64,000 nt of DNA, from positions 9,997 to 73,996 of the forward strand of contig DASTYK010000153.1 in NCBI GenBank assembly GCA_035764935.1. The letters run 5' to 3'. Shown in pieces: positions 17,420-27,110 of this stretch. A program made the translations under genes and the position numbers. The notes beneath the pieces are model-generated. The model had not been told where the DNA came from. It searched no databases and saw only the letters and a list, made by a program, of their open reading frames with translations. Positions within the stretch are counted from its first letter, which is position 1. Each line of letters opens with the position of its first letter. The DNA comes from Longimicrobiales bacterium. GTDB taxonomy: Bacteria > Gemmatimonadota > Gemmatimonadetes > Longimicrobiales > RSA9.

Positions 17420-20185
17420 ATGCGGAGAGCCTGCCAGCGTACACTGGTTGCCCTCCCGCTCGTGTTCCTCCTCGCGTCTGGCGACGCGGAGGGGCAGAGC
17501 CGGGTCACGACACCGGAACAGCACTTCGGTCATGCGATCGGGAGCGACTACTGGCTGCCCGACTACACGGCATTCCAGGCCTACTGGCAGAAGCTGGCAG
17601 GCGAGTCGGACCGGATGGTGCTCGACACGATCGGGACCACGGCCGAAGGCCGGCCGCAGCTGATGGCGATCATCACGTCGCCGGAGAACCATACGCGGCT
17701 GGACCGCTACAGGGAGATCGCGCGCCAGCTCGCGCGGGCCGAGGGGCTCACCGATGAGCAGGCGCGCGCGCTCGCACGCGAGGGGAAGGCCATCGTCTGG
17801 TTCGACGGCGGTCTGCACGCCACGGAGGTGCTCGGCGCATCCCAGCTCACCGAGACGGTCTACCAGCTGCTGAGCCGCGACGACGAGGAGACGCTCCGTT
17901 TCCTGGACGACCTCATCATTCTGGCGGTGCACGCGAACCCCGACGGAATGGAGCTCGTTGCCGACTGGTACATGCGCGAGCCGGTGCCGGAGAAGCGCTC
18001 GACCAGTGGTGTGCCGCGCCTGTACCAGAAGTACGTGGGGCACGACAACAACCGCGACTTCTACATGTCGACGCAGCCGGAAACCGAGAACATGAACCGC
18101 GTCATGTTCACGGAGTGGTTCCCGCAGATCGTCTACAACCATCACCAGACCGGCCCGGCCGGTACCGTGATGTTCGCACCGCCCTTCCGCGACCCGTTCA
18201 ACTACAACCTGCACCCGCTGATTCCGGCGGGCCTGGACATGATCGGCGGCGCGATGATGACGCGCTTCGTCGCGGAGGACAAGCCGGGCATCACGAACCG
18301 CCTGGGCGCGAACTACTCGACCTGGTGGAACGGCGGGCTGCGGACGATCACGTACTACCACAACATGTACGGGCTGCTGACCGAGACGATCGGCAACCCG
18401 ACGCCGATCGAGATCCCGCTGATCGCGCGGCGCCAGCTCGCGAGCAACGATCTGCCGTACCCGATCGAGCCGCAGGTCTGGCATTTCCGCAACTCGATCG
18501 ACTATTCGGTGACGGCGAACTACGCGGTGTTCGACATCGCTTCGCGTCGGCGCGAGCAGTTCCTGTACAACATCTACGTGATGGGGCGCGACGCGATCGA
18601 GGAGGGCAGCCGCGACACGTGGACGACATGGCCGCGCGAGATCGCCACGCTGGACGAGTCGTTGCGTGATGGTGGGCGTGAGAACGGCAACGGCTTCCGG
18701 GGTGGTGCCACCGGTTCACCCGCGGACTTCGAGCGTCACCTTCGCCGGCCCGAGGACCGCGAGCCGCGCGGCTACATCCTGCCGTCCGATCAGCCGGACT
18801 TCCAGACGGCCGGCAAGCTCATCGAGGCGCTGCTCGAGAACGGCATCATCGTGCACCGTGCGACCAGTGACTTCACGGTGAATGGCAAGCAGTACCCGAG
18901 CGGCTCGTACGTGATCAAGACCGCGCAGTCGTTCCGGCCGCACATCATCGACATGTTCGAGCCGCAGGACCATCCGGACGACATCCCCTACCCGGGCGGG
19001 CCCCCGACGCCGCCGTACGACGTGGCCGGCTGGACGCTTGCCTACCAGATGGGCGTCGACTTCGACCGCATCCTGGACGGCTTCGACGGACCGTTCGAGC
19101 GGATCACGGGGCTGGACGCGCCGCGCGTCGCCGGTCGGGTGGAGGACGCGCGCGCGGGGTGGTTCCTGAGCCACGAGGTGAACGACGCGTTCACCGCCGT
19201 CAGCCGCCTGCTCGCCGGCGACCAGCGCGTCTACTGGCTCACGCAGCCGGTGAGCGTCGATGGCACGACCTGGCCGGCCGGCACGTTCTGGATCCCCGCG
19301 CGCGGCAATGCACGTCGCATCATCGACACCGCGGCCCGGGACCTCGGCCTCGTCTTCGAGGGTGCGCAGCAGGCTCCGGCGTCCTCGGCGCTCCAGCTGC
19401 GCGAGCCGCGCATCGCGCTCGTCGATCGCTACGGCGGCTCGATGCCGTCCGGCTGGACCCGCTGGATCTTCGAGCAGTTCGAGATGCCGCACACCGTTGT
19501 GTATCCGCAGGAGCTCGACGCCGGCAACCTGCACCGGAAGTACGATGTCATCGTCTTCGTCGACGGGCTGGTTCCGCAGTCGGACCAGGCGGGCGGCTCG
19601 CGCGGCTTCGGCAGCTTCGACGAGAGCACCGTGCCGGCGGAGTTCCGGAGCTGGCTGGGCAGTGTCACCGTGGAAAAGACGGTGCCGCAGCTGCGCAGCT
19701 TCCTGCAGAACGGCGGCACGATCCTGACCATCGGCTCTTCGACCGCCCTGGCGCAGCATCTCGGGCTCCCGGTCGCGAGTGCTCTTGTCGAGAACGTGAA
19801 CGGCACGGAGCAGGAGCTGCCACGCTCGAAGTTCTACGTGCCGAACTCGCTGCTCGAGGTGGCGGTGACGGAGGAGCATCCGCTCGCGCACGGCATGGAC
19901 GAGCGTGCGATCGTCGTATACGACAACAGCCCGGTGTTCCGGATCACGGGTGATGGGGTCACGCCGATTGCCCGCTACGACTCGGCGACGCCGCTGCGCA
20001 GCGGCTGGGCGTGGGGGCAGCAGTACCTGGAGAACGGCGTGGCCATTGCAGAGGCGCAGGTCGGCGAAGGGAAGCTCTTCCTCTTCGGCCCGGAGATCGT
20101 GTTCCGTGCGCAGCCGCACGGCACGTTCAAGTTCCTCTTCAACGGCATCTACTACGGCACGGCGGAGGAGGCGCGCCTGCGCTGA
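17420..20185 (+). CDS. M14-family zinc carboxypeptidase with large C-terminal extension
   Basis: ATG 17420 follows AGGAG. Signal peptide MRRACQRTLVALPLVFLLASGDAEG. Zinc motif HxxE in DGGLHATE. Also HANPDG and HDNNRDF boxes. 921 aa. Confidence 0.9.
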   Translation: MRRACQRTLVALPLVFLLASGDAEGQSRVTTPEQHFGHAIGSDYWLPDYTAFQAYWQKLAGESDRMVLDTIGTTAEGRPQLMAIITSPENHTRLDRYREIARQLARAEGLTDEQARALAREGKAIVWFDGGLHATEVLGASQLTETVYQLLSRDDEETLRFLDDLIILAVHANPDGMELVADWYMREPVPEKRSTSGVPRLYQKYVGHDNNRDFYMSTQPETENMNRVMFTEWFPQIVYNHHQTGPAGTVMFAPPFRDPFNYNLHPLIPAGLDMIGGAMMTRFVAEDKPGITNRLGANYSTWWNGGLRTITYYHNMYGLLTETIGNPTPIEIPLIARRQLASNDLPYPIEPQVWHFRNSIDYSVTANYAVFDIASRRREQFLYNIYVMGRDAIEEGSRDTWTTWPREIATLDESLRDGGRENGNGFRGGATGSPADFERHLRRPEDREPRGYILPSDQPDFQTAGKLIEALLENGIIVHRATSDFTVNGKQYPSGSYVIKTAQSFRPHIIDMFEPQDHPDDIPYPGGPPTPPYDVAGWTLAYQMGVDFDRILDGFDGPFERITGLDAPRVAGRVEDARAGWFLSHEVNDAFTAVSRLLAGDQRVYWLTQPVSVDGTTWPAGTFWIPARGNARRIIDTAARDLGLVFEGAQQAPASSALQLREPRIALVDRYGGSMPSGWTRWIFEQFEMPHTVVYPQELDAGNLHRKYDVIVFVDGLVPQSDQAGGSRGFGSFDESTVPAEFRSWLGSVTVEKTVPQLRSFLQNGGTILTIGSSTALAQHLGLPVASALVENVNGTEQELPRSKFYVPNSLLEVAVTEEHPLAHGMDERAIVVYDNSPVFRITGDGVTPIARYDSATPLRSGWAWGQQYLENGVAIAEAQVGEGKLFLFGPEIVFRAQPHGTFKFLFNGIYYGTAEEARLR

Positions 20186-20203
20186 GCCGGTGACGCTGAT
20201 CGA

Positions 20204-22531
20204 ATGATGGAGAAACGTCCGCACGTTGCGGGCGGGGAAGAGCGCGATCAGATCGATCGCGCTCTTCTGCCGTTCGCGCCACTGCTCTATATCGCCTGGG
20301 CCGACGGCGAGCTGACCGCCGAGGAAGCTGCCGTGCTGCGCCGGCGCCTGGACGAGGCCGGCGTCGAGCCGCGCACCGCAACGGCCCTGGCACGCTGGCT
20401 CGACCCTGTGCATCCGCCGACGCCCGAAGTGCTCGAGGCGCTGCTGCTCGATGTCCGTCGTGCGGCCTCCCGGCTCGGGCAGGGCGAGCACCTGTCGATC
20501 GCGACCCTGGCGCGCGCAATCGGTCGGGCGGAGGGCGTCAGCGCCGACGAGCAGACGCTGCGCGCGGTGAAGGTGGTCGAGGACGCGCTCGGTCTGCCCG
20601 ACAGCGAGAGCGCCCGTGCGCTCCTGAGTGATGCGCTGGCCGAGCCGGCGCCCGCGGCGGCCGCGCCCAGCACCGCGACGCAGCCGCGTGACGTCGAGGC
20701 GATCGCGCGGGTGCTCGGCGGACCCTCGCGCGCGTTGCGCACCCGCGTGCTCGAGCGACTCGCCCGACCGGACTTCGCGCACATGGCACCGGACTCGCCA
20801 ACAGCCGAACGCCGCGAGCGGGTCCTCGCGTGGTGCCACGCGCTCGCGGATGAGGGGTTGCCGGCAATCGCGTATCCGCGCGAGTTCGGCGGCGACCACG
20901 ACATCGTCGCATCGTTCGCCGTGTACCGCGCCATCGCCAGCCACGATCTCTCGCTGTTCACGAAATACGGTGTCCAGTTCGGCCTGTTCGCCGGCAGCAT
21001 CTACCAGCTCGGCACACGCTCCCATCATGAGCGCTACCTGCAGCGGGCACTCACGCTGGAGCTGCCCGGCTGCTTTGCGATGACGGAGACAGGCCACGGC
21101 TCGAACGTACGCGACATCGAGACGACCGCGCGCTACGATGCGGACAGCGGCGAATTCGTGATCCACACACCGCACGAGCGCGCACGCAAGGATTACATCG
21201 GCAACGCAGCCGTGCACGGCCGCATCGCAACGGTGTTCGCGCAGCTCGAGACGCCCGGCGGCCGCCATGGCGTGCACGCCCTGCTGGTTCCGATCCGTGA
21301 CGCGGAGGGCAGGCCATCCGCCGGCGTGCGCATCGAGGACTGCGGGGAAAAGCAGGGCTTGAACGGCGTCGACAACGGTCGGCTGTATTTCGACAACGTG
21401 CGTGTGCCCCGCGAGAACCTGCTGGACCGGTTCGGCAGCGTCGATGCGTCCGGCGCGTACTCGAGCCCGATCGCGAGCCCCGGTCGTCGCTTCTTCACGA
21501 TGCTGGGAACGCTCGTCGCGGGGCGCATCGCCGTCGCCGGCGCAGCAGCCAGCGCCGCACAGACAGCACTCACGATCGGCATCCGGTACGCAGCACAACG
21601 GCGCCAGTTCGGTCCGGAAGGTTCGCCCGAGGTGCCGATCCTGGATTACGTCTCCGTTCAGCGGCGGCTGCTGCCCGGCCTCGCGACGACGTACGCGATC
21701 GAGCTCGCGTTTCAGCACCTGACGCGCAGCTTCGCTGCCCAGGACGAGGACTCGGCGCGCGAGGTAGAAGCTCTCGCCGCAGGGCTCAAGGCTTACGCGT
21801 CGGATCATGCCGTCGCCGCGATCCAGCACGCGCGCGAGGTCTGCGGCGGGCAGGGCTACATGGCTGAGAACCGGCTGCCCGCACTGCGCGCCGACGCCGA
21901 CGTCTTCACCACGTTCGAGGGCGCCAACGCGGTGCTCTATCAACTCGTCGCCCGTTCGCTGCTCGGCAGCTACCGCGCACAGTTCGGCGAGCTGCGACCG
22001 CTCGGCATCGCACGCTACCTCGCCGGCCGCGCGGCGACCGCCGTCACGGAACGCAACCCGATCGCCACCCGGCGCACCGACGAGGAGCACCTGCGCGACG
22101 CCGACACGCAGATCGCCGCCCTCGAGTACCGGGAACAGCGGCTGCTCGCCTCGCTCGCACGGCGTCTGAAATCCCGCATCGACGGTGGGATGGACGCCTT
22201 CCTCGCGCTCAACGAGTGCCAGGACCACGCGATCCACCTTGCCCGCGCCCACGTCGAGCGCGTGCTCCTCGGGCAGTTCGTCGCCGCCACTGCCGACGGC
22301 GACGTCGCTCGGCTCGAACCCGTACGCTCGCTGTTCGCGCTCTCCGCCATCGAGCGCGACGCCGCCTGGTTCCTCGAGGCCGGTTACATGGAGCCGGTCA
22401 AGACACGGGCAATCCGGGCCACAGTGAACCAGCTTCTCGCACTGAACCGCCCGAGGGCCCTGGAACTGGTGGGCGCATTCGAGCTGCCGGCGGCGGTGGT
22501 GGCGGCGCCCATCGCCTTTCCCATTGGCTGA
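20204..22531 (+). CDS. Acyl-CoA oxidase/dehydrogenase-family protein with ~190-aa N-terminal TerB-like extension
   Basis: The core from about residue 200 resembles acyl-CoA oxidase (CFAMTETGHGSNVRDIETTARYD; GEKQGLNGVDNGRLYFDNVRVPRENLL; VCGGQGYMAENR; ACOX-type C-terminal helices). The N-terminus contains LLYIAWADGELTAEEAAVLRRRL, a TerB/DjlA-N-like ADG-x5-E motif. Confidence 0.85.
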   Translation: MMEKRPHVAGGEERDQIDRALLPFAPLLYIAWADGELTAEEAAVLRRRLDEAGVEPRTATALARWLDPVHPPTPEVLEALLLDVRRAASRLGQGEHLSIATLARAIGRAEGVSADEQTLRAVKVVEDALGLPDSESARALLSDALAEPAPAAAAPSTATQPRDVEAIARVLGGPSRALRTRVLERLARPDFAHMAPDSPTAERRERVLAWCHALADEGLPAIAYPREFGGDHDIVASFAVYRAIASHDLSLFTKYGVQFGLFAGSIYQLGTRSHHERYLQRALTLELPGCFAMTETGHGSNVRDIETTARYDADSGEFVIHTPHERARKDYIGNAAVHGRIATVFAQLETPGGRHGVHALLVPIRDAEGRPSAGVRIEDCGEKQGLNGVDNGRLYFDNVRVPRENLLDRFGSVDASGAYSSPIASPGRRFFTMLGTLVAGRIAVAGAAASAAQTALTIGIRYAAQRRQFGPEGSPEVPILDYVSVQRRLLPGLATTYAIELAFQHLTRSFAAQDEDSAREVEALAAGLKAYASDHAVAAIQHAREVCGGQGYMAENRLPALRADADVFTTFEGANAVLYQLVARSLLGSYRAQFGELRPLGIARYLAGRAATAVTERNPIATRRTDEEHLRDADTQIAALEYREQRLLASLARRLKSRIDGGMDAFLALNECQDHAIHLARAHVERVLLGQFVAATADGDVARLEPVRSLFALSAIERDAAWFLEAGYMEPVKTRAIRATVNQLLALNRPRALELVGAFELPAAVVAAPIAFPIG

Positions 22532-22655
22532 CAACAGGTTGCGCACCCGGCTCCGGGCTGGCCCCGGCGCTTCGTATACGATTTCCTTGTGCCGCGGCGA
22601 ACCCCGGCGCAATCATTGGAGATCAACTGAACAGCCGAGGGTGTTGAGGCCCGCC

Positions 22656-23063
22656 ATGACAGAAGCAGCGACAATCGATCGGTCCGGCGCGCATCGGGTG
22701 ACAGCGCTCGAGCGGGCCTTCCGCACGCTGGCGCGTGACGTCCCCGGGATGACCGTCGACGTGGTAGGTCACGTACGGGGGCAGCGCCGGCTGGTGCATC
22801 CGGTCGCGGGGTTCACGGTGCGACTGGACGACGCTGCATCCGGCACGGGTGCAGCGCTCTACGTCTCTGCGGCCTACGGCGAGCTGTCACTCTGGCGCGA
22901 CGCCAAGCGCGACGGCGTGACCGCCAAGGAGCATTTCACCGTCCGCCTGAACGACGGCTTCATGTGGGGCGACTCCGAGTATCCGGATGCGGCGCCGCTG
23001 GCCGCGGATCTGCTGGGGTACCTGCAGTTCAACCTGGACCGGGTACGGGAGTCAACGGCTTGA
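22656..23063 (+). CDS. Hypothetical protein (135 aa)
   Basis: ATG 22656. Codon usage looks like the neighbours. No motif recognised. Confidence 0.5.
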   Translation: MTEAATIDRSGAHRVTALERAFRTLARDVPGMTVDVVGHVRGQRRLVHPVAGFTVRLDDAASGTGAALYVSAAYGELSLWRDAKRDGVTAKEHFTVRLNDGFMWGDSEYPDAAPLAADLLGYLQFNLDRVRESTA

Positions 23064-23070
23064 TCCTTTG

Positions 23071-23310
23071 GTTCTACCACCGAGATCACTGAGAGCACCG
23101 AGGAGGAGCTGAGAACGGGTATTACGAAACGAAGATGAGCAGGTCCGCCGCGGCGAGCGTTCATTCCCAACGTCTGGCCGCACGGCAACGGATTTATTGT
23201 TTGTTGCCGCGCCTGCTTCACAGACTTCCCACCCTCCGTAATTGAATCGCGTCCCCGGAGCACGCCTCAAAGTTCGTTCTCTGTGACCCCCGTGCTCTCC
23301 GTGGTAGATA
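23071..23310. repeat. Intergenic inverted-repeat element, copy B
   Basis: Left arm 23074-23117 is CTACCACCGAGATCACTGAGAGCACCGAGGAGGAGCTGAGAACG. Right arm 23275-23307 is CGTTCTCTGTGACCCCCGTGCTCTCCGTGGTAG. It fills the whole gap between two convergent genes. The AT-richer core contains the hairpin GGCAAC-N13-GTTGCC (23185-23209). Confidence 0.7.
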
Positions 23311-23322
23311 CACGAACCAGAG

Positions 23323-24462
23323 TCACTCCAGCACCTTCGGCTCATGCTCCGGCGGCGGTCTGCCTGGCCCGTGGTCGCGTGAGCGCTCGATCCGGACGCC
23401 CTCGATCGATTCGGGTCTGACCCATCCCATGGAGGCAGCGTGCCGTGCGGCGGCGACGGTGTCCTCGACCAGGACGAGGGTGCTGCCGGCGTCGTGGACC
23501 TCCTGCGCGAGCTCTTCGATGGCGGTGCGTCGCTCGGCGTGGCCGGTGACGTCGCGGATGTAGATGCCGAGGATGCGGCGCGGGTAGTGCGCGACGATCT
23601 CGGCGTAGATCTCCGGGTCCTGCTGCCCGCTGTCGCCCAGGAGGAGAAAGGGCAGACCGGGATAGGTGTCGAGGATCTGCCGGATAGCGTCCAGCTTGTG
23701 AGAGCGGTGTCCGATGGGCAGGCTGCTGCCGCGGATGCCCCAGTCACGGAGGAACAGCGGGCCCATCGGGATGCGGCGGTGCTCGAGGAACTCGGTGATC
23801 ACGTCGTAGAGGTTCCACGGGCTGCTGGACACGTAGAACACCGGGTTGGCAGACGTACCGGTTCCGCGGTGCAGCGCCTGGTAGAAGCCTGCGACGCCTT
23901 CAAAGGGCAGGCGAGTGCGCGCGTTGGTGAAGAGAACGCCGCGGAGCATGCGGAGCATGTGCGTGGCGTCCGTCCGAATGACGGTATCGTCCAGGTCGCT
24001 GATGATGCCGAAGCGCGCGGTCGTTGCGGGGATCAGCACGTGCGTGGTCGTTGTGCTGACGGGTTCGTCGTCGGCGAGCAGGTCGAGCTCGACAGGGTGC
24101 CAGAGGCGCTCGTGCGAAAGCGGCTCCGCGGGCGCGATCCAGGAGCGGAAATAGCCCTCGTCTCCGGAGACGGCTTCCCGTGCAGCCGCGTCGACCCGGA
24201 CGCAGACGCGCGCGCCGGCGATCTCGTCGCTCTCCATGCGACGGTACGTGTTGGCGAGGTTGCGCCACCACGGATCCTGCTCGGCGGCGGGCCCGAGCGG
24301 CTGGCCGCGCAGCACGCGACCGCTCACGAAGACCTCGTCGGGGGTGCCGTACCCGCGGTATCCGACGACGTAGGTCGTGTCGGGTCCCGCGCCGCGCACC
24401 GCGTCGATAGCGCTGCCGACACCCCGTGCTGCGCGAAGCAGAAAGCTGCGCCGTCGGGTCAT
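23323..24462 (-). CDS. App1-family (DUF2183) phosphatidate-phosphatase-like protein
   Basis: ATG 24462 overlaps the upstream kinase stop (ATGA). DxDxT motif in GIISDLDDTVI. Also FYVSSSPWNLY and LLLGDSGQQDPEIY boxes as recalled for App1/DUF2183. Confidence 0.8.
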   Translation of the reverse strand: MTRRRSFLLRAARGVGSAIDAVRGAGPDTTYVVGYRGYGTPDEVFVSGRVLRGQPLGPAAEQDPWWRNLANTYRRMESDEIAGARVCVRVDAAAREAVSGDEGYFRSWIAPAEPLSHERLWHPVELDLLADDEPVSTTTTHVLIPATTARFGIISDLDDTVIRTDATHMLRMLRGVLFTNARTRLPFEGVAGFYQALHRGTGTSANPVFYVSSSPWNLYDVITEFLEHRRIPMGPLFLRDWGIRGSSLPIGHRSHKLDAIRQILDTYPGLPFLLLGDSGQQDPEIYAEIVAHYPRRILGIYIRDVTGHAERRTAIEELAQEVHDAGSTLVLVEDTVAAARHAASMGWVRPESIEGVRIERSRDHGPGRPPPEHEPKVLE

Positions 24463-26273
24463 GCGTGGCGCGGCGCGTCGTGCGCGTCGAACTCGTCGTA
24501 GCGCGGTGGCTCCGGCGGCGCAAGATCGATCGTGAAGGTGGTGCCGCTGCCGACCTGGCTCTCGACTTCGAGCGAATAGCCGAGCAGGTGACAGAGGCGT
24601 CGCGAGATCGGCAGGCCGAGGCCGGTCCCGCCGTAGCGCCTGGCGGTCGAGCTTTCCGCCTGCTCGAAGGCCTCGAAGATCGGCCCGAGCCGGTCCGCCT
24701 CGATGCCGATCCCGGTGTCGCTCACGAGGATCCGGCGCGGAGCGAACGCCTCGGCGTCGACTTTCACCGTGACGTGGCCGCGCTCCGTGAACTTCACCGC
24801 ATTGCTGACCAGGTTGATGAGCACCTGCTTGAGGCGCGCGCGATCGGAGTCGATCGGCGCGATTCCGCCCGGCACTTCCGCGCGCAGTGCGAGCCCGGCA
24901 GGCATCTGTCCATCCCACTGACGCAGCACCTCGTCGATCAGCTCGCTGAGGGAGAACGTCGTGATCTCCAGCTCGATCTTGCCCGCCTCGATCTTGGACA
25001 GGTCGAGTACGTCGTTGATGAGCGTCAGCAGGTGCCCGCCGTTCTCGTTGATGCGTTCCAGGTAGACCATGTCCTGCGGCCGGAGATTTCCGCCCTTGTT
25101 CCTGAGCAGGATGTTGGCGAACCCGATGACGGAGTTGAGCGGTGTGCGCAGCTCGTGACTCATGCGCGCCAGGAACTCGCTCTTGGTCCGGTTCGCCGCT
25201 TCCGCGCTGTCCCTAGCCGCGCGCAGCGCCTCCTCGGACCGGCGCTGCCCGGTGATATCGCTGAACACGGCGATCGCATAGGCGACGCGGCCGGTTACGT
25301 CGTAGATCGGGGCAGCGCTCACTGCGACGGGCACGACGTGGCCGTTGCGGTGGACTTCGGCATCGTCGATCGTGCTGCGGAACCCGGCGAGGGCCTGCAC
25401 CAGCGGCAGCTCGGACGCAGGGTAGAGGGAGTCGGTGCCCGCCCGGTGGATCTGGTACGTCTGGTTCATGTCCTCCGGCAGTGCGTCCGGCACGATCCCG
25501 CGGCCCAGCAGTGCGCGTGCGGCGGTGTTGGCAAAGCGCGGCCGTCCCGCTGCGTCGATCACGTACGCGCCGACGGGCAGGCTTTCCATGAACTGGCCGA
25601 GCACCGCCTCGCTTTCCCGCAGCGCGCTCTCCACCCGCTGCCGGTCCGTGATGTCGCGACGGATCAGGTGAGTCGAGAGCAGGACGAGCAGCAGGCCGAA
25701 CAGCGCGCTGCCGACGACGACCGCCTGCGCGCTGCGCGCGCTCAGCTCCGCCTGCTCGCTGCGCTCCTGCAGCAGCACGCGCTCGCGCCGCTCGAGCGAC
25801 GTCGCGAGGGCACGGACCGTGTCCATCACCTCGCGCCCGGCACCGTCGAATACTCCGGTCCCGGCTGCATCGGGGCCGCTCGCGTCGTACGCAGTGATGC
25901 CTTCGCGGATCATGGCCATGCGCTGCGCGATGAGCGTGCCGAGGCGCGAAAGGCGTCCGGTCCCTTCGGTGTCGGCGAGCCGCAGCTCACGCAGCCTCAC
26001 CAGCTCGCGCGAGATCTCCCGGTGTGCGCTCTGGAAGCGGGCGAGGTAGTCGTGGTCACCGGTGATGATGTAACCGCGCTGGGCGGACTCGGCGTCGAGC
26101 AGCAGCGACTGGGTGCGCTGCAGTGACGCGAGCACCTCGTGGGTCTCGGCGACCGCGGCCGCATTCGCCAGGGAGCGCGTCATGGCGCGGTACGAGACCG
26201 CGCCGATCAGCACGACGATCGCGATTCCCGCTACGAATCCGACGTTGATCTTCTCGGCGGTCGTCAGCGCCAC
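24459..26273 (-). CDS. CHASE3-PAS sensor histidine kinase
   Basis: GTG 26273. N-terminal TM followed by a CHASE3-like region (THEVLASLQRTQSLLLDAESAQRGYIITGDHDYLARF), second TM, PAS-like segment, H-box MSHELRTPLNSV, and ATPase motifs LINLVSNAVKF, DTGIGI, GGTGLGL. Confidence 0.9.
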   Translation of the reverse strand: MALTTAEKINVGFVAGIAIVVLIGAVSYRAMTRSLANAAAVAETHEVLASLQRTQSLLLDAESAQRGYIITGDHDYLARFQSAHREISRELVRLRELRLADTEGTGRLSRLGTLIAQRMAMIREGITAYDASGPDAAGTGVFDGAGREVMDTVRALATSLERRERVLLQERSEQAELSARSAQAVVVGSALFGLLLVLLSTHLIRRDITDRQRVESALRESEAVLGQFMESLPVGAYVIDAAGRPRFANTAARALLGRGIVPDALPEDMNQTYQIHRAGTDSLYPASELPLVQALAGFRSTIDDAEVHRNGHVVPVAVSAAPIYDVTGRVAYAIAVFSDITGQRRSEEALRAARDSAEAANRTKSEFLARMSHELRTPLNSVIGFANILLRNKGGNLRPQDMVYLERINENGGHLLTLINDVLDLSKIEAGKIELEITTFSLSELIDEVLRQWDGQMPAGLALRAEVPGGIAPIDSDRARLKQVLINLVSNAVKFTERGHVTVKVDAEAFAPRRILVSDTGIGIEADRLGPIFEAFEQAESSTARRYGGTGLGLPISRRLCHLLGYSLEVESQVGSGTTFTIDLAPPEPPRYDEFDAHDAPRHA

Positions 26274-26280
26274 GTTGGTA

Positions 26281-26904
26281 TCAGTCGGTGCTGTCCACGA
26301 CGGAGCGGACCTTGGTGATCAGCATGTCCACGGCCACCCGGTTCTGCCCGCCCTCCGGTATGATGACGTCGGCGTACCGCTTGCTCGGCTCGACGAACTC
26401 GAGGTGCATGGGCCGGACGTTCTCCGTGTACTGCCGGATCACCGATTCCGCCGTGCGGCCGCGCTCGCGAATGTCGCGCAGCAGCCGGCGGATGAAGCGC
26501 AGGTCCGCGTCGGTGTCGACGAAGACCTTGATGTCCATCAGTTCGCGCAGCGCCGCGTCCCACAGGATCATCAGGCCGTCCACGATCACGACCCTGGCCG
26601 GCGCGACGTGCTGCTTCTCCGCGCGGCGAACGTGAGAGGTGAAGTCGTAGACGGGTACCTCGACCGGCTCGCCGCGCCGCAGCTGCTCCAGGTGCCGGAC
26701 CAGCAGCCCCGTCTCGAGCGCATCGGGATGGTCGTAATTGGTCGAGGTCCGCTCCTCGAGCGGCAGGTGACTCGCGTCCCGGTAGTAGCTGTCGTGATGG
26801 ATCACCGCGACCTGGTCGGCGCCGAGGGCACTGACGATCTCGCGCACGACCGTGGTCTTGCCCGAGCCGCTGCCGCCGGCGACACCGAGAATGACCGGCC
26901 TCAC
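26281..26904 (-). CDS. udk: Uridine kinase
   Basis: 207 aa. P-loop ILGVAGGSGSGKTT, NYDHPDALE, and FVDTDADLRFIRRLLRDIRERGR. Strong family match from recall. Confidence 0.95.
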   Translation of the reverse strand: MRPVILGVAGGSGSGKTTVVREIVSALGADQVAVIHHDSYYRDASHLPLEERTSTNYDHPDALETGLLVRHLEQLRRGEPVEVPVYDFTSHVRRAEKQHVAPARVVIVDGLMILWDAALRELMDIKVFVDTDADLRFIRRLLRDIRERGRTAESVIRQYTENVRPMHLEFVEPSKRYADVIIPEGGQNRVAVDMLITKVRSVVDSTD

Positions 26905-27110
26905 GGGTGCGTATTCGCTCCATTCATGGCGCGCAAGGTGTCGAAACAGCGGCCTGCGCGAAAGGGCGAGCGCCGCGCCGCGCGGCTCAGCATGGCCCTC
27001 TGCCGCTGCGGGTCAGAGTGACTGGACGCGGCGGTCAAATCGTGCCGGTCTTCCGCCGCCGCGCCGGGGGCTGCACTATACACCCGCACTCCACCACGAG
27101 GTGAATCGCC

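Noticed and set aside
18716-22612. 1298-aa ORF on the minus strand spanning two genes
   Set aside because: It is antisense to the M14 peptidase and the acyl-CoA oxidase genes, both of which carry clear family motifs. Its translation is Arg/Gly/Ala/Pro/His-rich and low in complexity, with no motif. Long stop-free antisense frames are expected at this GC content.
22874-23263. 129-aa minus-strand ORF across repeat copy B
   Set aside because: It overlaps the 3' end of gene 22656..23063 and runs through the repeat arm. Ser/Arg-rich with no RBS. Considered an artefact.
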